64,000 nt of DNA from Selaginella moellendorffii (Eukaryota; Plantae; Lycopodiophyta). A model generated the notes under the pieces. The model saw nothing but the letters and a program-made list of their open reading frames with translations. It did no database searches and was not told where the DNA came from. Shown piece after piece: positions 47,697 to 62,099 of the stretch. The stretch spans positions 248,899 through 312,898 of the forward strand of contig NW_003314276.1 of assembly GCF_000143415.4 (NCBI RefSeq), written 5' to 3'. The translations under genes and the position numbers were made by a program. Position 1 is the stretch's first letter. Every line of letters begins with the position of its first letter.

Positions 47697-50600
47697 ATGT
47701 ATATTTATTTGAGCAAGAAGATCAGCATTCCACACGGTTTGCAGCTCAGGAGCCTGTCTTGGAACACGCAACAGGGATGGCTGGCCTGCGGGACTGATCA
47801 TGGCATTGTCAAGGTGGGTTTCTGGGAGTTTGCTTGGGATGCTAGGCTCTTTACTCTGACAGGTTCTCAAGCTCCAAGATGCATCCGGAGTGAAGGACGA
47901 TGGGTTTTTCACCACGCAATCGAACCTTTCCATGAACCAGACGCTTGAAGGGCACCGGGGTTCCATCCTAGTAGTTAACTGGAATCAAAACTACCGAAAG
48001 CTGACGTCAAGTGATGAGAATGGACTCATCATCGTTTGGATACTTCATAAGGTGTCAACTGTTTTAGAAAGGTGATCACTTTTAGTAGGTGTGTACTTAC
48101 AGGGAATGTGGTTTGAGGAAATGATTAACAACCGCAGCACAAGCGTTGTTCGTGACATGAGATGGTCTTCTGACGGCCGTAAAATTTGTTTTATATATGA
48201 AGATGGCCATGCAGTGTTGGGAAATGTGGATGGAAATAGAATTTGGGGAAAGGAGCTTAATCACCGGCTTGTGCTTGTCGAGTGGTCACCAGATGGTAGG
48301 CTTGTGCTTTTATGTACTAAAGAGGTTAGTACTAACAATCATCAACAGCCTGACAATTTCTGCTTTAATATTCTCAGGGAAAATGCTTGTTATATGACTG
48401 CCATGGCAGCTTTGTTTCCAATCTTGCATTACGATTTGAAGTGGATTCAGATATTGTTGGTTTACATTGGTATGGTGGGTTTGAAGGTCTAGATGACACT
48501 TATCCTCCAACACTTGCAATAGCACTTGAAAGTGGTAAAATTCAGGTAACCTGCATGCTGATTTTTCTTACAAAAATAACTTCTTTTTCCCAGCTAATGA
48601 GGCATGAGCTTGACGGAGAACCTATTCTTGTAACTGCAGAAATGACGACTGCCTCAATCAGGTGGAACCCCAATGGTACANNNNNNNNNNNNNNNNNNNN
48701 NNNNNNNNNNNNNNNNNNNNNNNNNNNNNNNNNNNNNNNNNNNNNNNNNNNNNNNNNNNNNNNNNNNNNNNNNNNNNNNNTCAAGAACCCAGGAGGATAC
48801 TAACTCAATAGTGAAACTCTTTTCCCCACTGGGATTTCACTTGAGAACCCTTCACGTGCCAAACACCAAAGTCAGGTACAATGCATTGAAAGATGACACA
48901 GAGGGTTTTGTTTTTTCTCACTTTCAGGGCAGTGACATGGGAAGGGACTGGCTTGACGTTAGCAATTGGAGTGGATGCAAGCATATACCTCGCAAGTATT
49001 AGGCCTGACTACAAGTGGACTTTCATTGGCCAAAGTACATGTGTATATAGCTTTAAAAAAAAGCACCCTGATGAGCACTGTGTAATGTTCTGGGATGTAG
49101 CTACTGGTGACAGGTTAATTATTTGCAGTTACTTCATTTTGTGTGTTTTGTCCTCAGAGAGCTACTGTTGGTTACAGGTACTTGAAACACGTCAACAGAC
49201 TTTGTGCCGTGTGCGGTTCAGGAGGCCATTGTGTTTTGGCTACAAAGGTACTAGGCTATTGATAAAAGGAATAATCAGTTTTCGTTTTTTTCAAATATCA
49301 GGAAGAGGAACCTAATCAATATATTCTTATACTTTGCAATGCCATTGGCAATCCTCTCGAGTCAAACCACGTGACCATAGAACCAGTCCTCATGACTATG
49401 AATGAAGTAAGATATGGGAATAGGCCTGACTAAAGAGCTTTATTTTGTTTATTCAGAATCAAGTTTTTGTGGCATCCAAAACTGATGTGTATGTATGGAA
49501 TTATCGAGATTCTTTACCATTACTATCTTCCAAACAACTGCTAAGTTCTTTCAGCAATGATCGAAGCAAGGAATCCAAAGATCATACATATTGTTTGGAC
49601 TGGAAAATCAATACAGGCATCAATCAGGTATATAACTTTACAAATGGACTCTACATATTTTGTTTTCTGGTAGGACAAGATGGACCAAATATGTTGCGTC
49701 TTCTGCTCACAGACAAACTTCTGGATTGGCTGTGAGTCCGGTGTGTTACACTGGTACGAACTGCCTTCACATAAATTAGCAGGGAAGATGTTTTTAGAAT
49801 GCAGGCCTCAAGGTAAGGTATCAGTTGCCATATTTTTAATCTTTTTCTCTGTGTTCTATGGCCAGCTATTGACGTGAACAGTGACTCCACGAGATTAGCA
49901 GTAATTGATGTTGATGGATCATTTTCTTTCCGAAATAATGTTCACATGGTAACTGCAATGAGTTACACAATCAAGCACTATTGAGATGTGTTTCAGGACC
50001 GAAAGTCAGAGTTCGAACGTAAGGCTGTATGGAATATGAAATGGGCGGATGACAATCCAGATTTGATCGTGATAATGGAAAGATCTCGGATGTACGTTCT
50101 TAGGGGTACCGAACTTGAAGAGCCTGTTTCTTGCAATGCATATTTTTGTAGTTTTCACAACCTACAGGTGCTGTGCTATGTTTTCTTCTGTCTTACTCAG
50201 CAACAACTGCTACAGGTGTTAGCAATTCGGCTTGACGATGTTATGCAACAGCCAGAGCAGCCAACAAGAGCCCATATTTTCAGTTATGAGACCAAATCCT
50301 TACGTGATACACATCAAATTCTCCAAGCGGTTGAAATTAAAGACGCCTACAGCTATGTAGAAGAGCATGGACATCCACGACTATGGACATCCCTTGCTGA
50401 ACATGCTTTGGAGCACCTTGACTTCAGTGTTGCTGCAAAGGTAAATATGACCAAGAATACGTCTTTTCACCATAATTTTGGTGCAGGCGTTTGTAAAGTG
50501 CAAAAACTACTATGGCATACAGTTTGTTAAGAAAGTCGAAGCTCTTCGAGACAAGAACCTGCAAAATGCAGAGGTTTGTTGCAATCGACTTCTCTCTAGA

Positions 50601-52303
50601 TCGCTAACTCGACTATCTCAGGTATGTGCGTACTTTAGAAGGTTTGAGGATGCTGAAAGAATCTATATCAACATAGATAGGAAGGATCTTGCCATTCACA
50701 TGCGAATGAAAATTGGGGATTGGTTCCTGTAATACGTTTCTTTTCTATAGAGAGTTTTTAACTTCTTTCTGGTCTCAGAGTGGAAAAGCTTTTGGAAAAC
50801 TTTCCTGGGAACAACTCACTTCTGAAGCTAACCTGGAACAATATCGGTGATCACTTTGTTGTCACGCAAAAGTGGAATGACGCTGCAAGATATTATAGCA
50901 AAGCAAAAAATTTTCAGATGTTGGCCGAATGTTACTCTGAACTTCATCACTGGACCAAACTGCAAAAACTTATGGACCATGTTGAACATGGTTCGCCCCT
51001 TCTGGAATCTATAGCAAGAAAATTTATGAACATTGGCGTTTGTGAGCATGCGGTAATAACGCCATCAACTTTCAGAAACTTCTGAAGCAGTCTGGTTTTT
51101 TTTTAGGTCACAGGTTTTACAAGATCGGGTAACATAAAGGGAGCTTTAAACTGCTGCTTGCAATTGAATGATTGGGAGAAAGCAATCAAGCTGGCAGAGT
51201 TACATAATTGTGAAAAAGAAACGCAAGAAAGACTCAGAACCTTCATAAATGAGCTTTTAGAATCTGGTAGCACAGTGTCAGCTATTTACGTTCTCCAAAA
51301 GGCTGGGAAGCATTTACAAGTAGTGAACCTACTCAATGAGCATGCCAAGATAATCTCTTTCACAAAGGCAGGTTCCAACAGTTCCCAATATTTTGCTGAT
51401 AATATTTTGCAGAGTCATGCATTGGAAGTTAAAAAAATATACGTGCTTGCTGCCTTTGAAATGGAAGCTTACATAGCAAGATCACTGGATTTACAGGTAT
51501 ATTTGTAATCTGTAAACTATTGTTACTTCTATGTTGCAGCACAATGCAGACTCTCTAGATCGCTCAGATAGGGATATTCGGAACGCCTGGCACAACGCAG
51601 AAGCATACCACCTTTGGATGCTTGCTCACCGCGAGCTTTATTCTGGAAATATGGAACAAGCGGCAAAGGTAATAGCTTTTGTGAGCTTGCGGAAGTCTCC
51701 ATTTGTCATGCAGGTTTCGTGGTGGTTGAAAGATTATGAAGACGTGTTACAACCGCATAGTATATACTCCCTGATTGCACTCACATCATACTTCTGTGGG
51801 GTAAGTTGGTCGTATTAAGAAGCATAGCTAATTATGTGTCAATGTTTTACAGTATTACGAGCAATGCAGCAGGGCCTTTACTGTGCTGGAGCTAAATCGT
51901 AGCATTCCAGAACAAGAACGAAAGGACTATAAAGAAATGGCAGCATCCATCTTTTCAAGGCATCAACCCGTTAGTAATGCAAAAGTAAGCAGTGGAATAC
52001 GAAAATGCCTGAGGTGTGGAGTCTCTTTGGAGGTAAAAGCTGATTTAAACATCTCAAATATAGAGAGGAGTTTTTTTTCTTGCGTTATAGGATGAACTCA
52101 AGCGTAGGTGTCTGACACCTAAATGTACGGCAACTTTTCCCATATGTATGGCAAGTGGAACTCAAATCTTGCACGAAGATTTTGTCAAGTGCGGCTACTG
52201 CAAATCTCTCATGATATCTTCCAAGCTCAAGTACAAGGTTCATTGCCCGCTCTGTCATTCGCCACTAGAAAACCATCCCAGTGCTATGCATCTTTTTAAA
52301 TAG
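47697..52303 (+). CDS. WDR35: WD repeat protein 35 / IFT121 (IFT-A complex), many short introns
   Basis: MYIYLSKKISIP..., SNLSMNQTLEGH, KLTSSDENGLIIVW, MWFEEMINNR, HPRLW..LAEHALE.LD, AWHNAEAYH and a C-terminal CPLCH. Spans the N gap. Confidence 0.95.
48681..48780. other. Assembly gap (100 N) inside WDR35
   Basis: Run of 100 N. Confidence 1.
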
Positions 52304-52603
52304 AAGAAGGTTGCAAGTTCTGTCCTGAGCTGGTGCATGTGAAATTTATTTCCTTTGTCCAAGAGGGAAAGAAGAAAGAATTATAGCGTTTTTCATCCAA
52401 TGCCAGAACACTGGTACACTAAATTAGCGAAAGTATGGACCACCCAATTTACTGGCACAATTTTATTGCTCGCTATGACTTTCTGCCGTCACTTATCTGC
52501 TTCCAGCATCAAAACTCTGCCAAAAAGTATTCAGCTCAGTGAAATGTGGTGAAAGAATATTTGTCTAGGGTTAGGTTCATGTGCATAGTTTTTTTTGTAA
52601 GCA

Positions 52604-55600
52604 ATGACGGAGAAAGAAGTGAGCGTTTCTTCGCCACCTGAGCGAGCACCTGATGTTAATCAGGGTGTGGAGAATGATGATAAGGAAGAGCGTGGAGGAT
52701 GGACAATGCCTCAACAACAGAAAACACCGAGCAAAGCAGTGGGATTTGAGGCTGCCAGCGCGAGTGGGGAGCAGCCACAAGAACTCAAGGCTCAAATGAA
52801 ACGACGAATGTCGAAGATGAAGAAGATGGTCTCGGAATTGGGACTTAAGCAGGAGAGTGTGGGTGGTCTTATTGATCTCTCTTTCTTGCCAGGATTTGCA
52901 AGTGATGAGGTTAAAGCGCTTAACAAAGATGTATTGAAAGCTGAGAAAGAACTTCGTGATGTTGAGGTTTGATAAAACTTAACGGTCAAAGTGCAGTAAT
53001 TACCTAGTCTCTCTTGTACAGGAATTAGTGGAAGAACAAGAGGAAAGATCGTCTATAATGGAAGAGCATATGAAACGTGTAAGGCAAGAGATCACATTTA
53101 CACAGCTCAGAGCCGATGTCAAACGAAGAGAAGCTTTCACGGAAGAGAATTTGAGAAAAATATCGGAAATGGAAGCGAGAAGGCTAGAGGTAAGAACTGT
53201 TCAATTAATTCCGTTCCTTATTTATCGTACTCTTTATTTCAGAGAGAGATTCGTAAGTTTGAGAAAGACACGGATGAACTCAATGATCGCATGAGGGGAC
53301 TTAAGGCCGCTATCAATAGTGGTAACGAAAAAATGGACGAATTTCGACTTTTGATGCAATGGAATCAGGTTTAGTTTCTTATATGAGGACGTAACACTTG
53401 TGATAATCTGATTTGTCTAGTTATCATCTCACTGACACGTGTCATGTAGGGAGCAGGAAGAGCTGGATCAATGGATGCAAGCAGCTAGGCAGAAAGACGA
53501 GGATAGTGTTGCACTACAGAGCTATACGAAGAATGATAGTTCTAAACTCAAAGAGCTTTACCTTGAACTAGAAAAAGCCTCTGGAGGCCTTTATAATCTC
53601 CAGCAGCAGCTTGATGATGAAGTTACCGAAACTCAGAGTGCACAGATTCAGCTGAACAGAACGGCAGAAGTTTTCAAGTACGTGGAATTGCAGCGATTTA
53701 TTTATTTTTCTTTCATGATCAAACAGAGATTTACAAAATGAGAGACAGAAGCTCGTTGTCATGTGGGAGGAGACAATAGAAGCTATCCATATGCGTGACG
53801 AAGGCATTCATAAAGCTGCCGAAGAGTTTGCAGCAAACAAAGCTGTACTTCGCCACAAAAAAAGGCAGCTGGATGGTCTGTCTACCAATCTAGATGGAGA
53901 AGTCGAGAAAAATGTGAGATATTTTTGGCTATGCAAAATGCTCTAGTCTAATAGATATGGTATGTCAGCTGGAATTTGACAGGCAAATCGAATTGGTGGA
54001 AGAGGACATTTCAAAATTACGGGATGATCTCAAAACTGGAGTTTCCAAGTAAATAGATCTTCATTTTCTGCTGTTATACACAGTGTTATTGTTTTTTAGC
54101 ACAAAAGACGCGGAAGAAGAGTTAGAACTTTTGAAAAGCCGAGTGACACGCGCAATAAATGATCTAGCAAACGAGAAAGCTAAGAAAACGCAAGTAGAAG
54201 AGGCAAGTTGTATTTGATTTATCAATTGCTTCTAATGATGTCTATTCAAACAGGACCTTGTAAATAAGAGGAAGAAACTCGAATTAGTAGAAAGGAAACT
54301 AGCAGATTTAAGGATAAAAGTCGAGGATGAGTACATGCTTCTTGACACACTGGACAAGAAGAGACATGAGCTTGAAAAAATCCTTGCAACTGAGGAAGTT
54401 AATCTAAAGGTTGCAAGAAAAGAGGTGTCTGACTTACGCGAGAGACATTTTAAGGAGTCTGAGAAACTAAACGACATGAAAGCGAAAGGTGGCCTGACCT
54501 GTGTTCTTTCTTGTGTAAACTTGTTGTTATATTGCAGAGAAAGATATTCTATTTGAAATCCATGGGGCCAAATCTCAAGCAAAATCTCTGACTAATCAGA
54601 TTCATCAGTTAGAATCGAGCATGATCAAGCAAGAAGAGGTGCTGTACTCGGCCGAGTTCCAGATACAGTGCCTTGAGAGGAAAGTAGCCCGAGCCGGTGG
54701 TGAGACAAGTGATGTGGAGGCTCGTGAGTTTAATGCAAAAATTCAGCAGCTTGAACAGGAATTGCAGGAGAAACTAGCAGAGGAGGTGATTGTTTTGCAG
54801 CAGGTACTGTTGACAATGAAATATGTTAATTTTCATAATTGAGTATTTTCAGCTCAAAAAATCTCAAGACGATCTTAGAGCGGCCGTACGCAAACGTGAA
54901 GAATTAACAAGAAAACTGAATCAAATTGAGGAAAAGAATGCTGAACTGTCATTAGAGTCAGAAACAGGGCTTCATACCCTCAAGGTAATCACTGGCTAGA
55001 GTGAATCTGGTACTCACATTAGTATACCAGCAGAACCTTGTAAAGGAAAAGGAAGAAAAGATGCTTTCGCGTGATCTTCTGCAGATGGAAGTTAATCGCC
55101 TCCAGGGAATGCTAAGCAAGAATGCCGGTATGATGTATGAACTAGGATGATAAGCTTTAAATGATTTTTTTCCTTTATACGGTTTGTATATATTTGAAGA
55201 TGCCGTTTTTGGAATGGAGAGCACAAAAAGAAGACTTCAGATGAGTATGGAGGAATGTCGACGGGAGATTGGTAGTCGACATGAAAGACATATGTCTGAA
55301 TTAAAAAGCTTACAAGATGACTTGCACTTTATGCTTATGCAAAGGAATAAGATGGCAGTAGCTGTTGAGAAGGTGGTCATAGTGTACTTGATAGAGAGTA
55401 CTAACATACTCTCCTTTCCCAGCTTCGATCCAAATACGAAGTTATACTAAATAGAGTCAAAATCGAAAAGAATGCAGAAAGGTCACCAAATTATTTTGTC
55501 ATTAAAGCTGCACAGGAGCGAGAAGAAATTCAGCGAGAAGGCTATAAACTTGAACAGGAGGTCAAACAGGTCAGATAGGTTTTATTTATGCAACACATTT

Positions 55601-56441
55601 GTTTACATTTCTAGGTTTCTACTGTTTATCTTACTTTGCAGGTCCAAGCAGACGTTTCGTCTCTTGCAAGGGCTTTTGAAGATGTAAAAGACGCCAACAC
55701 ACTCTACAGGAACAGTCATAAGACTGCAAACACACTGAAGCTTGAGAATGAAAAAGCACATTTGAAGGTAGTCTTTGAGCAAGCCAAAGAGCGGCTTCAA
55801 AACAAGGTAGAATTGGAGCGGGCTTTGCTGAAAGTAAGTTATTGCACCAAACTTGCTCCAAGTGCCATATGCGTATGGTGGCTCTTTTAGGAATTTGATC
55901 AAGCCGAACAGAGAAATGCCACCACGGAGGAAAAAGAGAGTCATGAGTTGGAGACCTTGAAGATCCTCCAACATCAAGTTGAGACAGCTGAAAAAGATAA
56001 CAAGGAGCACACCAAGAAACAACGGCGAGCAACTGTACGATTTGAAAGGCTAGCATCAAAACTGAAAGAATCATATGGGTACTTGAGAAATCAAAGCTTT
56101 TACATTGACTTAAGAAGTTCGTCCACTATAGGGACTTAGATGCTGAGCGCATTGCAAAGGAAATGCAACTGTCTGAAGCAAGAGAAACAATAACAGATGT
56201 TTTATATAAGCTGAAGGCTGTGATTCAGGAAAACCCTGATCTAGGCCGTATTATCCAAGAACGAGTTGCTGACGCTGGCTTTAAAATGCCATCAAACACT
56301 TCAAGTGTAAAGTCAAACGTTTCTGGATCAACAAGGGGAAGCATCATTTCGAGCAGAGGCTCCATATTTTCAGCTGGAATGCCTGGCTCAGCTAGAACCT
56401 CAAGAAGTGGTAGTGTTGTGACAATGGAATTTCTGGAGTGA
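52604..56441 (+). CDS. CCDC39: Coiled-coil domain-containing protein 39 (FAP59, axonemal ruler), multi-exon
   Basis: MEEHMKRVRQE, MQWNQEELDQWMQAARQKDEDSVALQSY, DEVTETQSAQIQLNRTAEVF and QEEVLYSAEFQIQCLERKVARAGG are characteristic CCDC39 segments. ~50-bp introns. Confidence 0.92.
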
Positions 56442-59313
56442 TCAAGAAAAAGTGAGAGAAGAGGGATGTAAAGCTACAGACAATGGTGGTCCAGATTGCT
56501 TGACGTGGCAAATCAGATCTAATATGATCCATATCTACATGGTATATATATGTATACCATACATACAGACCTCACAAGCAAAACTCTTTTTATATGGCAA
56601 TTCTTATTTTCATGCAGGAAAATTGCTATGCTAGTGTTTTTGAAATCAGTCCTTGGCTGTTAGCCAACACACTCAAAATTATAAAAAGGAGTAAGAGAGA
56701 GTATATGATATAAGTATATAAAGATACCTCTTTTTTGCCATATAGGGTTGGTGAAGATGTCAGGTAGCTTTTTGTCACCAGCATGATTTTTTGTTGATGA
56801 AAGGTTGTGAGAGTGATTGTTTTCCTTGTCGGTTTTGGCATGAGCTGGTTGCTTAAGATCAGAAGGCATGCAATACTTGTTGCAATGTTTACTTGATCAA
56901 TCTAATCCTCATCTTCATCCGACACTGTTCTTAGGATTGCCTACAGAGGATGCTCACTTGTAGATCATGCATTTCTTGATGGCATTACATACCATGGTTA
57001 GGATTATATGCCATAGCTTGAAGAACTTCCTCTATGTTTGCAGGGTGCTGCACTGTTATGGTTTGTGAATCTTGCAGCTCCATCAAACACCTCTATTTAA
57101 CTGGTGTTTGAATGATGTGTTGAAAATGCATTCATTGCATTCAGATAAAGTCCACTATGCAAAACTAAGAAACCTACCCAGGTTTTTGTAAGAAAAATCC
57201 TAAACCATGGTTGGTTTCTGAACCCTGGTTTTGAACCCTTATTTATACCGTTGGTTTAAATTCATTCTTCTCCATTTTAGTAATTAATCTAGATTTATAG
57301 AAAAATATAAAATATTTTTATAATAAAGAAATTAGATTAGTTCCAAATCAAAATATTTAGTTTCAAATCTCTCGTCTGCCTAATCTATAAGTGAGTATGA
57401 TTGGCATCTTATGTGATGAGACATCCCAGACATTTCTGTATACTTCTTACTAAGACTCAATCAATTCCAATGCCAGCTTCCTTTTGCCATTCTCTGCACT
57501 GCTCAAAGAAAGCTGTCTACAAAAATAATGCTATGAGAAAACAAACCTATTGAAGCAACAATAAAAATTCCCATTTTGAAGTACATGTCAACACCACCCC
57601 CAAGTCTAGCTATACTTGCTCACTTAGAAAGAAGTCAGTCATTCTAGAGGGACAAAGAATCAATAAGAATTAGTTTCTTACCTCCTTTCAAATTTCTTTC
57701 GTTGAAGAAATGCTAGAAAAAGAAATTTCAATCCATGACTAGGCCATGGCTGCAGTAGTATAGACTATGGCTGTGAAAGGTATCAGCTATTCTGGATGAA
57801 GGAAAAGGAATGAGAAATTCTCAACCAAAATGATAAAGAGTTTAAACCAAGTTTGGACCACATATATCAAAGGGTGGACATGTTTAGGGCCCAATATATC
57901 CAAGTCTGAATACTATTACACATCCTGGGCTGAAAGCCCAAACCAATTGTCTTTTGGAGAGTAGAGGATTCTAAAATTATAGTATGGATAGTGAGGCTAA
58001 GAACTCAATCTTCAATCAACTCTCAAGGGGTGCTTTCAAACCATGTTGGGGTTAAAACTAGGGGCTATCAACATTAAATAGTAGTGAGCATAGACTTAAA
58101 GGGTACTAGGGAGGCCTCTCAAGAAAATGCTCAAGAGAAATTCCCACTCCTGAAAGAGAAACTAATTATGGTACTCTAGGCCAAGAGGAGTTATGCCCCA
58201 CTTGAGTACTGAGTAAGGCTTTTTCTACCTATACTTACATTTTTGCCCCCTGTGTACAAAATAGTGATAAACAAATAGAGACAAGAATGTAGAGAAGAGA
58301 AAAGAAAGAGAATAAAAAAGAACTTAGCCTTGAATGCCAAAAGTGTGAGTAAGGATTTATAAGCATATATCACTTTCTCAACTCTATTTTGCACAAATAA
58401 TCATAGGCGAGAGAAAAGATGGTTAATTCAATGCAAATGCATACAACAGTGAGTGGGAGTGTTTTCCAACATGTCTAAGTGCTATTTATATACTACATGA
58501 TTTTGTAACCATTCCTAATTGTTTCTTACTTGTTTATGACAAGCGTTACCTAGGTTGAGTCTTTCTTCTTTAGATGCGTATGCTTAGACATAACTCCATT
58601 TTGCCTAAGCTTTCTTTTTTTGCTCTACTTGAGAAGATACACACATGACTCTATCCACTTTCTTGGTGATTGTCTTGAGGTAGCTCAAGACCTGCGTGTG
58701 GTATTTTGTTGTTTCTTCATCTTCTACTAGCTGCATTGGCTTGTTGATTGGCTGCTTGCTTCCCTTGATTTGTTGAGCAAGCTCCTCTATGAAGCTTCCG
58801 ACTGCTAGTTTGCAAGGTTGACTCAGAGACTTGTGAGCAAAGGTGTGGCTAGCCTTGACCTTGTAGTGCTGCTGTGGTGTTTGCTGCAGCTGTGGCTACC
58901 TCATCTCACTAGACTGTTTGGCTGAAGGTGTGTTGCTGTCAAATGCGTAGGTGGACTGAAGAAGACTTAGCCTGTACTCCTTCGGTTCACCTAGACTCTC
59001 TTTTGTAACCTTGTCCTCTTTGTCCCCTTGAGTTTCTTGGCTATGATCTTCTTGGCCTAAACTCACCTCATTGGCTATATATACAACCAATGGTTTTGCA
59101 ATATCTATAGGTGTATCTTGTATCAAACTTTGTGGTCTAAGTTGTGGAATTTCTTCTACAAGTTTGGGGTCCATTGTTTGCCTAGTGTTGTCCATTTGTG
59201 TACTCATCACTTCCTTGATGCTTAGAGAGATTTGTATTGCATCAGAGTTGTCTCTATAGACAGATATGTCACGACTCTATTCCTGATTTGAGCGTGGTGT
59301 TTTATCACCGTAC

Positions 59314-60690
59314 TGTAAGGAACCAACTCCTCTAGGTGTCATAGGCAAAAGATCCCTGAAACTATGATTGAAATGATAAAGAGTTCATTGGATGAGACCA
59401 AGTCCAAGATCAAGTCCGAGACTGACTCTAAGATCGAGTTCAAGACCGAGTTCAAGACCAACTCTGAGACCGAGTTCGAGATCAAGTCCAAGATTGAATT
59501 TAAGACTAAGTTCAAGATCCGAGATCGAGTCCAAGACTGAGTCCAAGATCGAGTTTGAGACCAAGTCTGAGTCCGACTTTGGGTCCAAGCTCGGGTATGA
59601 GATCGAGTTCAAGACCAAGTCTGAGGTTGAGTCCGAGATCAAGTCCAAGAGGGGGGAGGGGCTATAGGGGGTTCCAAAAATATAGTAGGGATATGAGGTT
59701 TAAGAACCAGTTTTGAAGGAACTCTCTAGTGGTGCTTCCAAACCAACATGAGGTTGAGACTAGGGCTTAAGGGCCTTGGGTGAGAGTGAGCATGGGCTTA
59801 GGTGGTGCTAGAGGAGCCATCCAAGGAAGTGCTCAAGAGCAACTCCCACTCCCAGAAGGGAAATTGATTGCAGTGCTTTTAGCTCATGTGGAGTGGTGCC
59901 CCACTTGAGTACCTTATAGCTCATTGGTCCTTGCTCCTTCCTAGTTCCCAGGGGCTTAGGTCTTCCCCTCGCAATGGTAAAGGGGGGAATAAAGGTACTT
60001 ATACTGGGCCATTAGGTTATGGTGTTTCTCCCTAGGGTCTCAAGGCAAATGATGCACCAAAAAGTTAGGATTTAAAGGGTCCCATGATCAATTTTTGTTG
60101 TATCAAGGGATGTTAGGAACTTGGAGGCTTGGTGTGTTTGGCTGCTTGTGCTTGTGGGGAGTGTAGCTGAACCTTAAGTCTAGTCTAACTCAGAGAGGGG
60201 GGATTGGGAGAGAATTTGGGAATTCATTGTTGCAAATATGATTTTGAGTATTGAAAGTTACCTATTGGCTGTCCTTTTGGATATTTTTTCCTTAGTGCCA
60301 TAGTGGTAGTAGGTTGATATTGTTGGACCCTTTATCAGTTCTTGTGCTAGTGGAGTTAGTTGGGCATTTTGAGTGTACTTAGACCGGATGAGTATAAGGA
60401 CGAAATTCCTATGTGCAATATCGACCTCCTGCTGTCATGGCAGTAAAGAAAGAATATTTGAAAGGATAGCTGACAGGTAACTTTTGATACTCGAAGTCAC
60501 ATTTCCGACATCTATGGACAGATGGCTAACACTCCGTTGCTCATGCAATGAGTAGTTGAAATCAAATAAGACCAAGTAGGAGTTGGTACAAAAGGTGGGA
60601 ACCTTAGTAAGGAAACTTAACTAAGGCTAATGGTGGTCAAATAGACAAGGTAAACTAACAAATTGGAAAGGAAAAAATTTGTGGCTTATA
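59314..60690 (+). mobile_element. Family B solo LTR with a nested 283-bp insertion
   Basis: TGTAAGGAACC...GGCTTATA with TSD CGTAC/TGTAC. Confidence 0.85.
60228..60510. mobile_element. 283-bp foldback insertion made of two inverted family C LTR 5' ends
   Basis: TGTTGCAAATATGA...AAAGTTACC on the left and GGTAACTTTTGATACTCGAAGTCACATTTCCGACA on the right both match the 7927 LTR start. Flanks TTCAT/TCTAT, against a single TCCAT in the empty copy at ~27703. Confidence 0.8.
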
Positions 60691-62099
60691 TGTACTTGTT
60701 GTGTCTAGCTTTTTTGCGGCATATCTGGCCACTAAATTTCTATAGAATGAACCTTGGAAGTCTCATAGCTTGGATTTTTTTATCTAGGGGGAGTTTCTTT
60801 TTGAGGAGAAAATTTTCCTCATTTGAATCTATATCGTAGGGATTCTCTTCTACATCCACATCTTTAGTTATCTCTCTTACCGGAGATACTAGAGGTGGTG
60901 GTTTAATGGCAAAGTGAGGCACAAAATTCTCTTGAGATGTGTAATGTTCGTAGATGTGCCGCAAAAAGATGAAGACTCTCATTTTAACTTGCCTTCCTTT
61001 GCCTACTTGTAAAGCAACATTTTTCATTTTGGCCACAAATCTATTATAGGCAAAATGAGTTATGTTTATTTGCTATTTAGTCTTGATAGCTTCTAATAGA
61101 TAAGCTATCTTAATACTAGCATTTTGCACAACCATCCTCCCGTTGATGATGGCACACAACACCTTAAGCCTAGCATGATAGTCAAGCTTCAAGTAGATGA
61201 AGTTGCATTCTCATCCAAATATATAGTTAGGGACGTATTGATCAAGCATGTGATCCTTCTTGCCCATCATGATTAGTTTGCCAATGTTGTCTAGGCGAAA
61301 AGTTTGGGTAAACTAGGTGAGTCCAAAGGGATGGACTCGCTTGCGAAAAAGAAAAACATGCTTCGTTGGGTATCATTTCTGCATGAGCTCAATCCCTTGA
61401 TCGATTTTTTTTTTTTTAAGTAGCTTTACATAGGTGAGTCACCCAAAAACATTAAGCCAAAACTTGTCATAGGGAGAAAGCACAAGCTCCTTAGATAGCT
61501 TTACTTAGACATTATCAAGCTCTTTGTCGCCAGACGAGATTTCCTCCACATGCTTGTATTGCCTAAGCATTTTTGCTATCCGTGGACATTTGTAGGTAAA
61601 TTAGGCAATAGGGAGATGTAATGCAGTTCTAATAGAGGTGCCCAAGAGATATGAACTTGACTTAGTAGGTGGTGGTGATGGTGTTTGCTCTTGTGCGGCC
61701 CTAGGTGGTGTTTGAGCTACTGTACATTGCTTCGGAACTAATCTTGGAATGTTGGCGCATCTTGGCAAAGGCATAGGGGTAAAGTGAGTGAGAGGGAAAG
61801 AGCGAGAGAGAAAAAGAAGCTCTTTAGCCTCCTCCAAATTACCTAAGTTACCTTGCTTTATTGCATTAGGCTTAAGTTTTGTCTTTTTTCCTTTGTTTGC
61901 TTTTGTATACCAATATATTATGGAATTTTTTTTCCTTGTTGGCTTAGTAATCTCTACTCATTATTCCTTGTGGTTTGCTGGCAGAGTTTATAGAATGGGG
62001 CAAGAAAAAATATAAATGTTACTTCTAGAGTATGCACCCATTCTTTTCTATTCCTCTAAGTCTTGCATTGCCTTGAGAAAAATTCTATAAACCATACCA

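Noticed and set aside
58215-61540. Possible additional minus-strand LTR element (PPT-like AGGGGGCAAAAATG near 58240, PBS-like TGGCGACAAAG near 61530)
   Set aside because: I could not delimit paired LTRs, a TSD or coding motifs.
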